Positions 7,569 through 16,687 of a stretch of DNA of 64,000 nucleotides are shown one piece after another. This stretch comes from a virus. The stretch's first letter is position 1, and the number at the start of each line of letters is the position of its first letter. The notes beneath the pieces are model-generated. The model saw only the letters and a list, made by a program, of their open reading frames with translations. It ran no database searches and was not told the origin of the DNA. A program made the position numbers and the translations under genes. The DNA lies in IMG/VR virus record IMGVR_UViG_3300045999_011383; one strand, given 5' to 3'.

Positions 7569-8180
7569 TTATTTATTTTGTTTCCAATATTTAAGCTTTA
7601 CGTAATTCTCCTCTATGCTATTTACCGCATCAACACCTGACTTGGTTAATCGATAGTAGTCCCGATTTTTGCCCTTGACTACCACGCTACGAACCTTTTC
7701 AATAAGTTCTTTTTCAGTCAGCTTGTTCAGAGATGGGTACAAACTCCCATAACCAATGTCATGTCCGCAGCATTCACTAAGTGCTTGTTTGATCTCAAGT
7801 CCGTACATTGTGCGATCGCAGATAGCTCTTAAAATCAATTCTTCACTGATAGATAACTTCATGCTCTTGTTGCACCAACGGACAATTTCTTTTAATTGCC
7901 TTAAGGCAAAAACTGGCAGCTTGTCGTTTAAGTATTTTTCCGCAATCTCTTTTGCTTTTTCAGGGTTGTCAGCTTTTACGTACAGGGACGCACATTTAAC
8001 TGCTATGGTTGCAACCCTCTTAGTATTACCAGGATCAACAGAGTTTAATGCCCGTTCCTCTTCCTGGGCAGCCAAAAGGAACATCTGCGTAGACTCCTCT
8101 ATTCTGTGTGTCTTACGCAGATGCTCTGCTTCTTCTGCGTATTTCTGACTGTTCGTATAACTAGTTAACCAAACACTCAT
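7569..8180 (-). CDS. PadR-family winged-helix regulator with helical N-terminal extension
   Basis: C-terminal ILRAICDRTMYGLEIKQAL....GSLYPSLNKLTEKELIE....YYRLTKSG matches the PadR pattern. Confidence 0.7.
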   Translation of the reverse strand: MSVWLTSYTNSQKYAEEAEHLRKTHRIEESTQMFLLAAQEEERALNSVDPGNTKRVATIAVKCASLYVKADNPEKAKEIAEKYLNDKLPVFALRQLKEIVRWCNKSMKLSISEELILRAICDRTMYGLEIKQALSECCGHDIGYGSLYPSLNKLTEKELIEKVRSVVVKGKNRDYYRLTKSGVDAVNSIEENYVKLKYWKQNK

Positions 8181-8185
8181 TTTTT

Positions 8186-8449
8186 TTAGTTGCTAAGAAG
8201 ATTCCAAAAAAAAGTATCATCGTTCCAGGCACGAGGGGTCGTATCAATGTGACGCAACCACCAAGCAAAATTATTTTTAATAAGGGAAAATCCCCTTAAA
8301 AACCTGTTTTCCTTCTCTTCCTTTATCTTTGAAACCACTAAGAATTCTATTTCTGGATGATCAAGCTCTGTTTGAAGTATCGTGACAATATCCTCCTCTG
8401 AAAGATTTGGACTAACCATAATATTAATTTGTAAATTCCAAGTTTTCAT
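8186..8449 (-). CDS. hypothetical protein (87 aa)
   Basis: ORF co-oriented with and tightly spaced to its neighbours. Confidence 0.45.
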   Translation of the reverse strand: MKTWNLQINIMVSPNLSEEDIVTILQTELDHPEIEFLVVSKIKEEKENRFLRGFSLIKNNFAWWLRHIDTTPRAWNDDTFFWNLLSN

Positions 8450-8513
8450 AGTTTAAATTCCCTTTTGGTTTCCTGTTTATTAATTATTATCATATATCAA
8501 ATTACGGATAACG

Positions 8514-8843
8514 TCAAGGTCTGAATACTTGAATTAAGCTTAGTTCTAACTCAAAAACAACTGCGCTTAAATAAGTAAATTTGAATGTCTCGCAACGATA
8601 AAGAACTGAATCAAAATAGAATGGTTTGCCTAAATTTTCTGTTAAAAATTCATCTATTTCTACATATTCAAATTGATTATCTATGGTCAGGGTTAAAGTT
8701 TGGGTTGCTGTAGTTTGATTAAGTTGACTCCTGTTTCCCCTCTCGTCAACCCCACCCTCGAAAATCCGAGAAATAAAACTAGATTCATACTGTACCGCAT
8801 TATCCCACTTTAACTTTAAAGAACTTGGTGCAACTGCATACAT
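8514..8843 (-). CDS. lambda gpM-like minor tail protein (tentative)
   Basis: 109 aa, the same length as lambda gpM. The pattern ..TLTLTIDN..EIDEFLTENLGKPFYF....CETFKF....FELELSLIQV parallels the gpM family layout. Confidence 0.4.
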   Translation of the reverse strand: MYAVAPSSLKLKWDNAVQYESSFISRIFEGGVDERGNRSQLNQTTATQTLTLTIDNQFEYVEIDEFLTENLGKPFYFDSVLYRCETFKFTYLSAVVFELELSLIQVFRP

Positions 8844-9004
8844 ATTTTAATGATAAAGCTGTTGGTTATTAGCCAACAGCACCCTTAATTTATCAGAGTT
8901 TGACATCTACAATTATATCACAAAAATCAAACTTTAGCTACAGTTACAACTTCTAATGTTGATATTTAATCATGCCCTCTTGAGACTTGTTCCAAATATC
9001 ATTT

Positions 9005-9514
9005 TTAATCATCTGTTTCCTGGATGTTTGAAAAGATAACCATTTCTAATTTAAGCTTACCGTCATCATGAACTGTTTTAAATGTCACCTCTTTTTCTTT
9101 GGTTTTCCAGCTTCTTCTAACGTATCTTCTAAGCGCTCCTGTGGGAGTAATCGTATCACCCACAGAATTTGTTTTTACCGGAGCATCTTTGTACTTTTTG
9201 GTTAAGTATTCCAAATGGGTGCTAACATCAGTAGACAATAATATTATTTCATTTAATTTATTGCTGTCAAAAATATAGCAAACAACGTAAACAGCGTTAT
9301 AGCCAGTCCAGTAAGTATTGTAAACCTCTCTGCCTAACTTAAAGTCTTCACCGCAAGTACCTTTCATGATCTCAAGCTTGTTTGGTGCAACTTTAGACAC
9401 CTGCTCCAGGGTCATTCCCCATTTAGCACCACCCCATTGAGCTTTTGCCGGGGACGTAGCCATCAATAGTAATGATAATCCAATTCCTAGTGTTTTTAAT
9501 AACATATTTGTCAC
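9005..9514 (-). CDS. secreted protein with signal peptide
   Basis: N-terminus KTLGIGLSLLLMATSPAKAQ is a typical Sec signal with an A-x-A cleavage site. Confidence 0.6.
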   Translation of the reverse strand: MTNMLLKTLGIGLSLLLMATSPAKAQWGGAKWGMTLEQVSKVAPNKLEIMKGTCGEDFKLGREVYNTYWTGYNAVYVVCYIFDSNKLNEIILLSTDVSTHLEYLTKKYKDAPVKTNSVGDTITPTGALRRYVRRSWKTKEKEVTFKTVHDDGKLKLEMVIFSNIQETDD

Positions 9515-9574
9515 CTGGTTATGTTTGTGCTAAAATCAAAAAATGCCAGGAAAGCAGACCTGGCAAAAAGCGGG

Positions 9575-10063
9575 CTAAATCTGAAGAAACAAGTTTAATG
9601 TGGGAATAGGCACGGGGAGATGAGAGCAAAAGTCTACCCCGTTTTTCTTTGCCCATCTTCTTAGTGTCCGCACAGATACAGACTTACCTAGCTGTCTCTG
9701 TAGCCAGTTCGGTACATCCTTTCCTAGTACACCATCAATGCGTACTCCATTTCCCAACGCTTGATCCAATGCTACTTTTGTTGCAGGTTGGTTTAGGCGT
9801 GTAATTATTTCTTTTAAACTAATACGGGACTGCCAACCAGCAGGGTGTTTGTTCCCTCGCTTTTGCTCACACCGCATATACGCAAGCATGAATAATCGCT
9901 GGGCATAAGTCTTGTCAACCATTGGTTCAGTGCCTTTCGGGTTTTTGCGACCGTCCGGTACTCGACATATACGCTTGTATTTCCGCCAGGTGCGATCGCA
10001 TATTGCACCATTATAGAGTTCTACACAATTAGCCCGTACCCAACGCTCAGGGTATTCATTCAT
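9575..10063 (-). CDS. hypothetical protein (162 aa)
   Basis: Long ORF in a co-oriented block. Confidence 0.5.
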   Translation of the reverse strand: MNEYPERWVRANCVELYNGAICDRTWRKYKRICRVPDGRKNPKGTEPMVDKTYAQRLFMLAYMRCEQKRGNKHPAGWQSRISLKEIITRLNQPATKVALDQALGNGVRIDGVLGKDVPNWLQRQLGKSVSVRTLRRWAKKNGVDFCSHLPVPIPTLNLFLQI

Positions 10064-10289
10064 AAACTACAATTGCCTCCATTAGTTCTTGTAATGTAGT
10101 AAAACTGTGAGAATTGCTACGGTATTTCTCCGCAGTGTCTAGAATTTTCTCAGCTATATATTCGTTTTCGCAAATAATAACCAATGCTTCTAAAACCTTT
10201 CTTGCTTGATGATTCTTAAGATCATTGCACTCACTATTCAGGTATTGCAACATAGTCAACAATGGAACTTTCCACATACTTACCTCCAC
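10056..10289 (-). CDS. hypothetical protein (77 aa)
   Basis: Overlapping start/stop junctions with both neighbours suggest an operon. Confidence 0.45.
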   Translation of the reverse strand: MEVSMWKVPLLTMLQYLNSECNDLKNHQARKVLEALVIICENEYIAEKILDTAEKYRSNSHSFTTLQELMEAIVVYE

Positions 10290-10765
10290 TCATCAGCCCA
10301 AATAAAATCAATACCAGCAGACAAGGCGCATTGCTGATCATCTCTGTTTACACCTACCATTAAAGCATGGGTTAGTGGTAGGGATGTATAATCCTCAATA
10401 AATTGGTGAATCATACCAGGCGCGGGCTTGCGGTAATTACGCCCAAAAGGTAACTCAACCCAAGCAGTATCACGATGACACCTATAAGCCGTACTTCCAT
10501 CAAAGGTTGTACAGAAATTAACAGAACTTAAATTGGGTAACAATTCCATTGTGTAGATTTGTTCCTGAATACAAGATGATAATGTCTTTCTGCGTCCTTG
10601 TATTCCCACTTGGTTCGTAATTCCAGTAATATCCCAATCCGAGTATTTACTAATGATGTCTGTGACACCTGGTATTAATTCCTGGTCTCGTGGGTTGAGA
10701 ATAATATTACTTCCTGACTTAGATTGCCTAATGGCATTTAGGGACAAAAATAATATTTTACTCAT
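10280..10765 (-). CDS. HAD-IIIA (GmhB / PNK 3-phosphatase-like) fold protein with substituted nucleophile motif
   Basis: Motif II GITNQVGI and motif III YRKPAPGM are present. Motif I reads FLSLNAI instead of FLDRDGT, and motif IV reads MVGVNRDD instead of VGDxxxD. Confidence 0.55.
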   Translation of the reverse strand: MSKILFLSLNAIRQSKSGSNIILNPRDQELIPGVTDIISKYSDWDITGITNQVGIQGRRKTLSSCIQEQIYTMELLPNLSSVNFCTTFDGSTAYRCHRDTAWVELPFGRNYRKPAPGMIHQFIEDYTSLPLTHALMVGVNRDDQQCALSAGIDFIWADEWR

Positions 10766-11126
10766 CTTCTTTAGATTTTGTGAAGTTTAATCTTTTTCGT
10801 CTGCTGACATTTTTGTAGTGACCAAAAGATTTCATCTGGATATCTTGTACTGATACTCCAAACTCAGCAGCCTTCTCTTTTTCGTGAGACTCAACTACTT
10901 GCTGTTCCTGTCTCCATAAAGTCGCTACGGCCATTTTGATTACGTCCGTTATGTCCATGCCATAGCACGCACCTATTCTTAACACCTTGCGCTTTAACGC
11001 ACTAGAGATTTTAGCGCGAACTTCCCTGGGTTCGTCACTAACTACTTTTTTGCCGTTGATCAACCCCCGGTCAGGATGGGTGGCAATATCCTTCTCAATC
11101 TCTTCTCTTGTCCGTGGCTTAGTCAT
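10758..11126 (-). CDS. hypothetical protein (122 aa)
   Basis: ORF overlaps the downstream gene by 8 nt. Confidence 0.5.
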   Translation of the reverse strand: MTKPRTREEIEKDIATHPDRGLINGKKVVSDEPREVRAKISSALKRKVLRIGACYGMDITDVIKMAVATLWRQEQQVVESHEKEKAAEFGVSVQDIQMKSFGHYKNVSRRKRLNFTKSKEDE

Positions 11127-11257
11127 ATAGAACCTAAAACTATTATTTTCACTAATAGCACACTAATAGAGGAATATGCTATTTTTAAAATTAAAATCCC
11201 TCTAATTGTTGAGAGCAATTAGAGGGATATGTCACCCCGCACAGGAGCTAACTAATT

Positions 11258-11503
11258 ATGGCACGAATGAAGCTAATTGAACCAGTTTTACCCCAAAAAG
11301 AGGCAAAAGCAGCCGGACTAAATCCCGGCGATCGCGGCTACCAAAAGTTTTGTATCAACTGGGTTGAGCAAAAAATATCTAAATATTATGAAGGAACTGG
11401 GCTACAACCACCTGTAACCGCAACCGTCCAGAAATGGTTCTACGCCGACGAATTACCGGACTGGGTGGCTGTTTTCCTGCTGAATCTAGCTAAAAATAAC
11501 TAA
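11258..11503 (+). CDS. hypothetical protein (81 aa)
   Basis: First gene of the plus-strand block. GGAG lies upstream of the ATG. Confidence 0.5.
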   Translation: MARMKLIEPVLPQKEAKAAGLNPGDRGYQKFCINWVEQKISKYYEGTGLQPPVTATVQKWFYADELPDWVAVFLLNLAKNN

Positions 11504-11614
11504 TCCAAAACCCCTTTAATTGTCAGCAAATGTGGGAAATCCCACATATCTATTGACGCTCTATTAGAGGGGTTTTATAGTAAGTACATACCGGACATGA
11601 CCCGGACATGAGAG

Positions 11615-11905
11615 ATGAATCTACCAAAGATCAGCCGAAAAGAGGCGGGAGTAACTTTAAGCGTAAGCCAAAGACAAATACAGCGATATATCCGGTTTGG
11701 ATTTGAAGTTTTAGGGGTGTTTGAAAACTTTTTTAACGCCCAATCAGAGGAACTAAATGGCTTTCCTCTAACAGAAAAAGAACTTGCCGAACTAACTAAG
11801 ATACAGCAGTTAATACGTAAGTACAAAAACGTAAGAAACAGTCATCAACAAATCAAAAAGGAGTTTGATAGTGAGCAATGCACAAGTGATAATTTTAATC
11901 CGTAA
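11615..11905 (+). CDS. putative HTH DNA-binding protein
   Basis: AGVTLSVSQRQIQRYIRFG is HTH-like. The antisense ORF 11575..11826 was rejected. Confidence 0.45.
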   Translation: MNLPKISRKEAGVTLSVSQRQIQRYIRFGFEVLGVFENFFNAQSEELNGFPLTEKELAELTKIQQLIRKYKNVRNSHQQIKKEFDSEQCTSDNFNP

Positions 11906-12006
11906 ACCAGAAGGAGACGGCTATATAGAGTGGAGAACAGATGCACCGTTAAGCATCTTTACAGCCAAGGCTAAAAAAGAAATCAAACAAAAACTAGGAG
12001 TCACCA

Positions 12007-12552
12007 ATGAGCGTATTTAATATTATCAGAACTTACTTAACTCAAAATATTTCTGATGAAGAATTAGAAGCAAGAGCCATAGCGATCGCTAATGAAGTCG
12101 AGTTAGATTTAACCAGTATTTACGACCCTGAATCTGAAACCTTTAATGAGCCAAACGTCAAATTTATTGCTGAGGAAATTGATAAACAATCCGGGTCAAT
12201 AGCATTAATTCCTAACAGCAACTCAATTGATTTAGTGACTGAAAAACCAGGAAAGAAAGCCCGAAATACCAAGAATAAAAGCACCGGGCATAATCCTATT
12301 GAGGATTTAAAGCCAGTTATCATACAATTAAATCAAACAATATCTTCACGGGCAACAAACATGAAAAATATTGTTGCCAGAAAAGTTGAAGAAAAAGAGA
12401 ATTCAATTGTAGATGATTTAGTTGGGCTGACTAACAACATGGAGTCAAATATTGTAGGAAAGTTTACGGCAGAACTCAAGAAGAGGTCGGAAGAAAACAA
12501 AAACTTTCTCGAAGAATTTGAGTCAGCTTTTGACGAGGCATGGGGTAATTAG
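12007..12552 (+). CDS. hypothetical protein (181 aa)
   Basis: Long ORF; no motif recognised. Confidence 0.55.
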   Translation: MSVFNIIRTYLTQNISDEELEARAIAIANEVELDLTSIYDPESETFNEPNVKFIAEEIDKQSGSIALIPNSNSIDLVTEKPGKKARNTKNKSTGHNPIEDLKPVIIQLNQTISSRATNMKNIVARKVEEKENSIVDDLVGLTNNMESNIVGKFTAELKKRSEENKNFLEEFESAFDEAWGN

Positions 12553-12629
12553 TGGCATTATTAGCCCTTCCTATTGGCTGGTAGCGGCCATATTTGCTCA
12601 ATTGTTCATAGCATCAGGAATAGTAATTT

Positions 12630-13031
12630 ATGCAGTTTCCCAGCCATCTAGAGACACAGGAGGATATCCAACAACCCCAGAAGAACCCACTAGAACTTAC
12701 CGTGAAGCCCGGTGGTGAGTTTGCAGTCAAAGGTTCTATTCCTGAAGATATCCTTGACAGGATCATCACGTCATCTGACTATCACAAAGATAAACAGTAT
12801 CGCGCTGAAGAGCAAAGTCGGCGCGACGCAAAGTACCACAAAGATCAGCAGTATCGCATTGAACAACAGATTCAGCGCGATGCAACCATAACTAATATTT
12901 TCACTATTAGTTTTTTGGGGTTGACCTTTCTTGTATTAATTCTCTGTGCATATTTAAGTATCAACAAATCAACCAACCAGGAACATCAAAATGTTAGACA
13001 ACATATTCGGGGGACTTGCGTCCAGCAATAA
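12630..13031 (+). CDS. C-terminally membrane-anchored protein with a tandem 17-aa repeat; start uncertain
   Basis: YHKDKQYRAEEQSRRDA followed by YHKDQQYRIEQQIQRDA, then the TM segment IFTISFLGLTFLVLILCAYL. Competes with ORF 12518..12718 at its 5' end. Confidence 0.4.
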   Translation: MQFPSHLETQEDIQQPQKNPLELTVKPGGEFAVKGSIPEDILDRIITSSDYHKDKQYRAEEQSRRDAKYHKDQQYRIEQQIQRDATITNIFTISFLGLTFLVLILCAYLSINKSTNQEHQNVRQHIRGTCVQQ

Positions 13032-13431
13032 TAAAACTGATCTAAAAGGAATTGGAACTAATGTCACAAAAATTGGGGACATGGGTAGTTCTTTAGCAAG
13101 AATTAAAGAGAGAATGATCCTTCCAGAATCAGTTTCCGCCCAACAGGTTTTAAACGAAGCTAAACACACTGGAGAAATAGAAGCCCAATTAGAATTAGCA
13201 AGAGACATAGTTACCAGTAGAAGTCAGCAAATGGATCAGCTACTAAGGCTTCATGAGTTGAATGTTCAGCACACTCAAAAAGTAATGCAAGTTGATGAAC
13301 GTTTAAGAGGGATTGAAGCTAGTCACGGTAAAGTTGTATCTAGGTATCAACTAGGCGCAGCAGAAACTCAAGTTAACTTAAACGCCTACGAAACAGTCTA
13401 TACGGTTCAAGCTACGGAGATATTTTCATGA
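12991..13431 (+). CDS. coiled-coil protein (146 aa)
   Basis: Heptad-rich sequence; overlaps its neighbours. Confidence 0.45.
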   Translation: MLDNIFGGLASSNNKTDLKGIGTNVTKIGDMGSSLARIKERMILPESVSAQQVLNEAKHTGEIEAQLELARDIVTSRSQQMDQLLRLHELNVQHTQKVMQVDERLRGIEASHGKVVSRYQLGAAETQVNLNAYETVYTVQATEIFS

Positions 13432-13910
13432 TATTCAAGAGGAATAGTGAAGCCGACGCTACTCTATTCCGATTCTTTAATAAAGTTGGCTGGGGTGTGC
13501 TTTTGTACAATGCTTACACCCTGTACCCACACTTTTACAACTTATTAAAGAGTGCGGAATATTGGCAAAGAATCTTTGCAAGTGCAGTAACAGTTGCTTT
13601 GATTTTGGGGATTGAATTATCTGTAACCACGGTTTTATTTGACCCCAAAATATTAGTTAAGATTTTAGAAAAACCTAGAGCAGATAAAGAGGTGAAGCAA
13701 ATATTTGATGCAGTGTTTTTTGTTGGTATAACAGCTTTTTTGCTAATAGCAGCCTACACTTTCTGGACTGATTATCAAATCAATTTAAAACAGTTAGGCA
13801 ATCCTTCCTTGATGTTTTTAAAGGTTTTGTGTGGGGTATTTGTTGTTGGTAGTGAATTAGCTTTTGGTTGTGCAAATGTCTTTTATTTAGCAAGCAAAGA
13901 GGAAGACTAA
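13428..13910 (+). CDS. polytopic membrane protein (about 4 TM)
   Basis: Hydrophobic segments WGVLLYNAY.., VTVALILGIELSVTTVLF, AVFFVGITAFLLIAAYTFW and VLCGVFVVGSELAFGCANVFY. Confidence 0.6.
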   Translation: MIFKRNSEADATLFRFFNKVGWGVLLYNAYTLYPHFYNLLKSAEYWQRIFASAVTVALILGIELSVTTVLFDPKILVKILEKPRADKEVKQIFDAVFFVGITAFLLIAAYTFWTDYQINLKQLGNPSLMFLKVLCGVFVVGSELAFGCANVFYLASKEED

Positions 13911-13911
13911 G

Positions 13912-14007
13912 ATGTTAATCCCAGACATCACAGGTATAATTACAATACTATTAATTGCACTGTTCTTAGGCATGATTTTGTACTTGCAATATGACATGAG
14001 AAGGTAA
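13912..14007 (+). CDS. 31-aa single-TM mini-protein
   Basis: MLIPDITGIITILLIALFLGMILYLQYDMRR. It exactly fills the gap between the stop at 13910 and the ATG at 14011. Below the track cutoff. Confidence 0.4.
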   Translation: MLIPDITGIITILLIALFLGMILYLQYDMRR

Positions 14008-14010
14008 GTA

Positions 14011-14298
14011 ATGGATAAAGAATTTTACGGGGGGTTACTATTCTGTGGTTACGCAACCTTTCAGCTTCTAAGCTTTTTGTTAAAAGCATTTCCTGTTACC
14101 ACTGGAGGGGCGATCGCACTAATATTTTTAGGATTATTACTAATAATAATTAGTGGCATTAATAACTGGTTAGGTTTGTACTACAAACATCACGGAATTC
14201 TCAATAAAACACAAAACATAGTAGGTTTTGCACCTATTTACACACTAGGAAGTTTAGCTTTATTTGCAGTCATGGTAGGAATTTATGCAGCATCTTGA
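14011..14298 (+). CDS. membrane protein (3 TM)
   Basis: Almost entirely hydrophobic, 95 aa. Confidence 0.6.
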   Translation: MDKEFYGGLLFCGYATFQLLSFLLKAFPVTTGGAIALIFLGLLLIIISGINNWLGLYYKHHGILNKTQNIVGFAPIYTLGSLALFAVMVGIYAAS

Positions 14299-14794
14299 GA
14301 GAATTTTAAAACGACTAGAAACTTTGGCTTTGGACAACCCTGAACACATTATACTTGATGATTCCTGGTTAGATAATCTATGCGGTAGTTTAGTAGCACA
14401 AAAACAAAACTCAAGTCAAAATCAGTATCCTCAACTAATAGTAACCGGGGAATTTGGCATTGGTAAATCAAGTTTGATTAAGATGATTCAGGAAAGAACT
14501 GGTTTCCACAGAGACGACATTTTGGAAAGACAAAGCCCACTAATTGCAAAAATTGGACTTACCAAAAAACAGCGAGAAAACATCTCTTTTATTGCAATGG
14601 GTACTCGTGTGATGGGGTACTTACTAGGCAGTCTTAATTACTGGAATATTAATCCAGAATTAGGTGTGCTTTTTGAAGAAGTACGGGATTTACTTGACAA
14701 CGAATACATTCCTTGTGCATTGGTAATTCCCACGAATAAAGACCCTTACATAACATTAGCACCTAACCTACCAAAACCTTATGCAGATTCGTGA
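14285..14794 (+). CDS. short P-loop protein, truncated paralog of the 516-aa ATPase
   Basis: Walker A GEFGIGKSS. Shares DDSWLDNLCGS and CALVIPTNKDPYITL blocks with DDFWVDELCESS and YALVIPTRGNPFVAL of ORF 14781..16331. Confidence 0.55.
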   Translation: MQHLERILKRLETLALDNPEHIILDDSWLDNLCGSLVAQKQNSSQNQYPQLIVTGEFGIGKSSLIKMIQERTGFHRDDILERQSPLIAKIGLTKKQRENISFIAMGTRVMGYLLGSLNYWNINPELGVLFEEVRDLLDNEYIPCALVIPTNKDPYITLAPNLPKPYADS

Positions 14795-16331
14795 AACCCC
14801 TTTTACCAAGGATAGAGACAACTTTCTCCCATTAATGATGACAGAACGATTATTAATGGGAACGCTGGCAATTACAGCCATAGCAGGTACTTTTTCCCCT
14901 GTATTATTTTCCCATCAAAATAACTCGGTTAAGTTGGTTCAGCAAATATTTGGATTATTCTCAGGTATTTGTTTTACTGGAGAATCTTATCGCAGGAAGC
15001 AAAAAGAAAAATTCTACAACTCCATAGAACAGGCAAATTTAGCTATTGTCAACAATCAGCTTAAAGGGTCTTTTGCCTTTGAACAGTGTCGAACTCAGAT
15101 TGATTCTAAGCGGGAATTAGCTTCTTATGTCAACTTATTGCCAGAAATAGAACGACCCCGATGGACACAAGAATTTGGGCTACATGGCTTAGTTGAGTTA
15201 CCGCAGATACAGCAAGCAGTCCTTGAACAGCCTAAGCAGTTGCCCGGTTCTCGTAGTATTCCTAACCCAGAGGTTGCCACCATTGACGAACAATCAGTAC
15301 AAGCAATTATCAATCCTAGCGTAAGACAACTACTGCAAGAATTAGCATCTCAGTATCCTGAATATGTGCGGATAGATGATTTCTGGGTTGATGAATTGTG
15401 TGAAAGTTCATCTAGACAAAACATGAGCGATCGCGCCAATCATCACTTTAGTTTTTGGGGAGAAACCCAATCAGGGAAATCAACTTTAGCAGGTGTTTTT
15501 ATCAATAAGATTGCTGCTAATTCACAAAGGCCAGCTTATGTGTTTTGTTCAGATCCCAAGAATTACTTAACAGCTTGGTTGTGTAAATTTAGCCGCAAGT
15601 TTGATGGGTTTAAAACCAATTTAGATCATTGGGTTACTTTTGCCACGAAAGTTATAGATGCACGTCAGGATGAGTTTAAAAACAACCGCAAGGGTGAAGG
15701 ATTAAGTGAAATATTCTTGGTTCAAGACGAGGTTAATGTTGTTTATGGTGAGGGCAAAGGACTACTTGGACAAGTACCAAAAGAAACGGCAATGAACCTT
15801 TGCGCTATGTGGAATTATATTATTAATTTCACCGCAGCCATGAAAATTCACGGCATCTTTATGGGACAAAATCCATTAAGTACCTACACTGGTTTTTCCC
15901 GTCCTGCACTTAAAAATATTTGCTTTTTGGCATTGGGGAAAGTGTCCAATTATGTACTTACTAGAATGCCAGAATTGTTAAATGTCAAAGCAGAAATATC
16001 TGATTTGTTTAGTCAAGTGTGTGAACTCTTAGACAGGGAACAGGTGAGATATGCCCTGGTAATTCCTACTCGTGGTAATCCATTTGTAGCCTTAATTCCG
16101 GTATTTGATATTGATGCAATGGAACAGGTCAACGAACCCCAAGAAACTGCTCCTAAGCAAGACGCAGTTAACTATTACGAAATACTGATTGAATGGATTA
16201 AAGAATTAGAGAGATTCCCCACCAACGATGAACTAAAAGCAGCCTGGAAACACTTGACCGAACAGGAACTAAATGATAACGGGATTGAGTTACTAGCGTC
16301 CAAATTAAAAGAGGAATGGGAAAATGAGTAA
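14781..16331 (+). CDS. membrane-anchored P-loop NTPase (FtsK/TraD/HerA-like, tentative)
   Basis: Two N-terminal TM segments, Walker A FWGETQSGKST and Walker B IFLVQDEVN. Confidence 0.6.
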   Translation: MQIRETPFTKDRDNFLPLMMTERLLMGTLAITAIAGTFSPVLFSHQNNSVKLVQQIFGLFSGICFTGESYRRKQKEKFYNSIEQANLAIVNNQLKGSFAFEQCRTQIDSKRELASYVNLLPEIERPRWTQEFGLHGLVELPQIQQAVLEQPKQLPGSRSIPNPEVATIDEQSVQAIINPSVRQLLQELASQYPEYVRIDDFWVDELCESSSRQNMSDRANHHFSFWGETQSGKSTLAGVFINKIAANSQRPAYVFCSDPKNYLTAWLCKFSRKFDGFKTNLDHWVTFATKVIDARQDEFKNNRKGEGLSEIFLVQDEVNVVYGEGKGLLGQVPKETAMNLCAMWNYIINFTAAMKIHGIFMGQNPLSTYTGFSRPALKNICFLALGKVSNYVLTRMPELLNVKAEISDLFSQVCELLDREQVRYALVIPTRGNPFVALIPVFDIDAMEQVNEPQETAPKQDAVNYYEILIEWIKELERFPTNDELKAAWKHLTEQELNDNGIELLASKLKEEWENE

Positions 16332-16527
16332 GAAGTTAGAGGGCTTTATCTTAGGGTCAGAACAGGGATTAATCCATAAGAATACTGGACTTTATGACAT
16401 TATTTTCACCACCAAAATAAGGGAAGCAAGACTGTTTAATTCAAGACGTGAAGTTGACACTTTTAAAACATTAAGAGGATTAGATTTGATGCCACTAACT
16501 TGTTATCAAATCTGTCAACAAACATAA
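16324..16527 (+). CDS. hypothetical protein (67 aa)
   Basis: Start overlaps the stop of the ATPase gene. Confidence 0.4.
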   Translation: MSKKLEGFILGSEQGLIHKNTGLYDIIFTTKIREARLFNSRREVDTFKTLRGLDLMPLTCYQICQQT

Positions 16528-16687
16528 TGAATACTTTGCTGGCAAAAGAGTATATGAGTAATTGTATACTCTTTTTAAGCATTAAAAATTATCGTTATTT
16601 ATGTTTGATTACCTATGCTAATATATTGTTGTATAATAACAAAAGTTCACTAATTTATTTTTTTAATTTTGGTTTAGAGCGAAGATT

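Noticed and set aside
12518-12718. Tracked 66-aa ORF with one good TM segment.
   Set aside because: It overlaps both the end of 12007..12552 and the start of 12630..13031 in different frames and uses a TTG start. I cannot decide between it and the 5' part of 12630..13031, so it is left unannotated.
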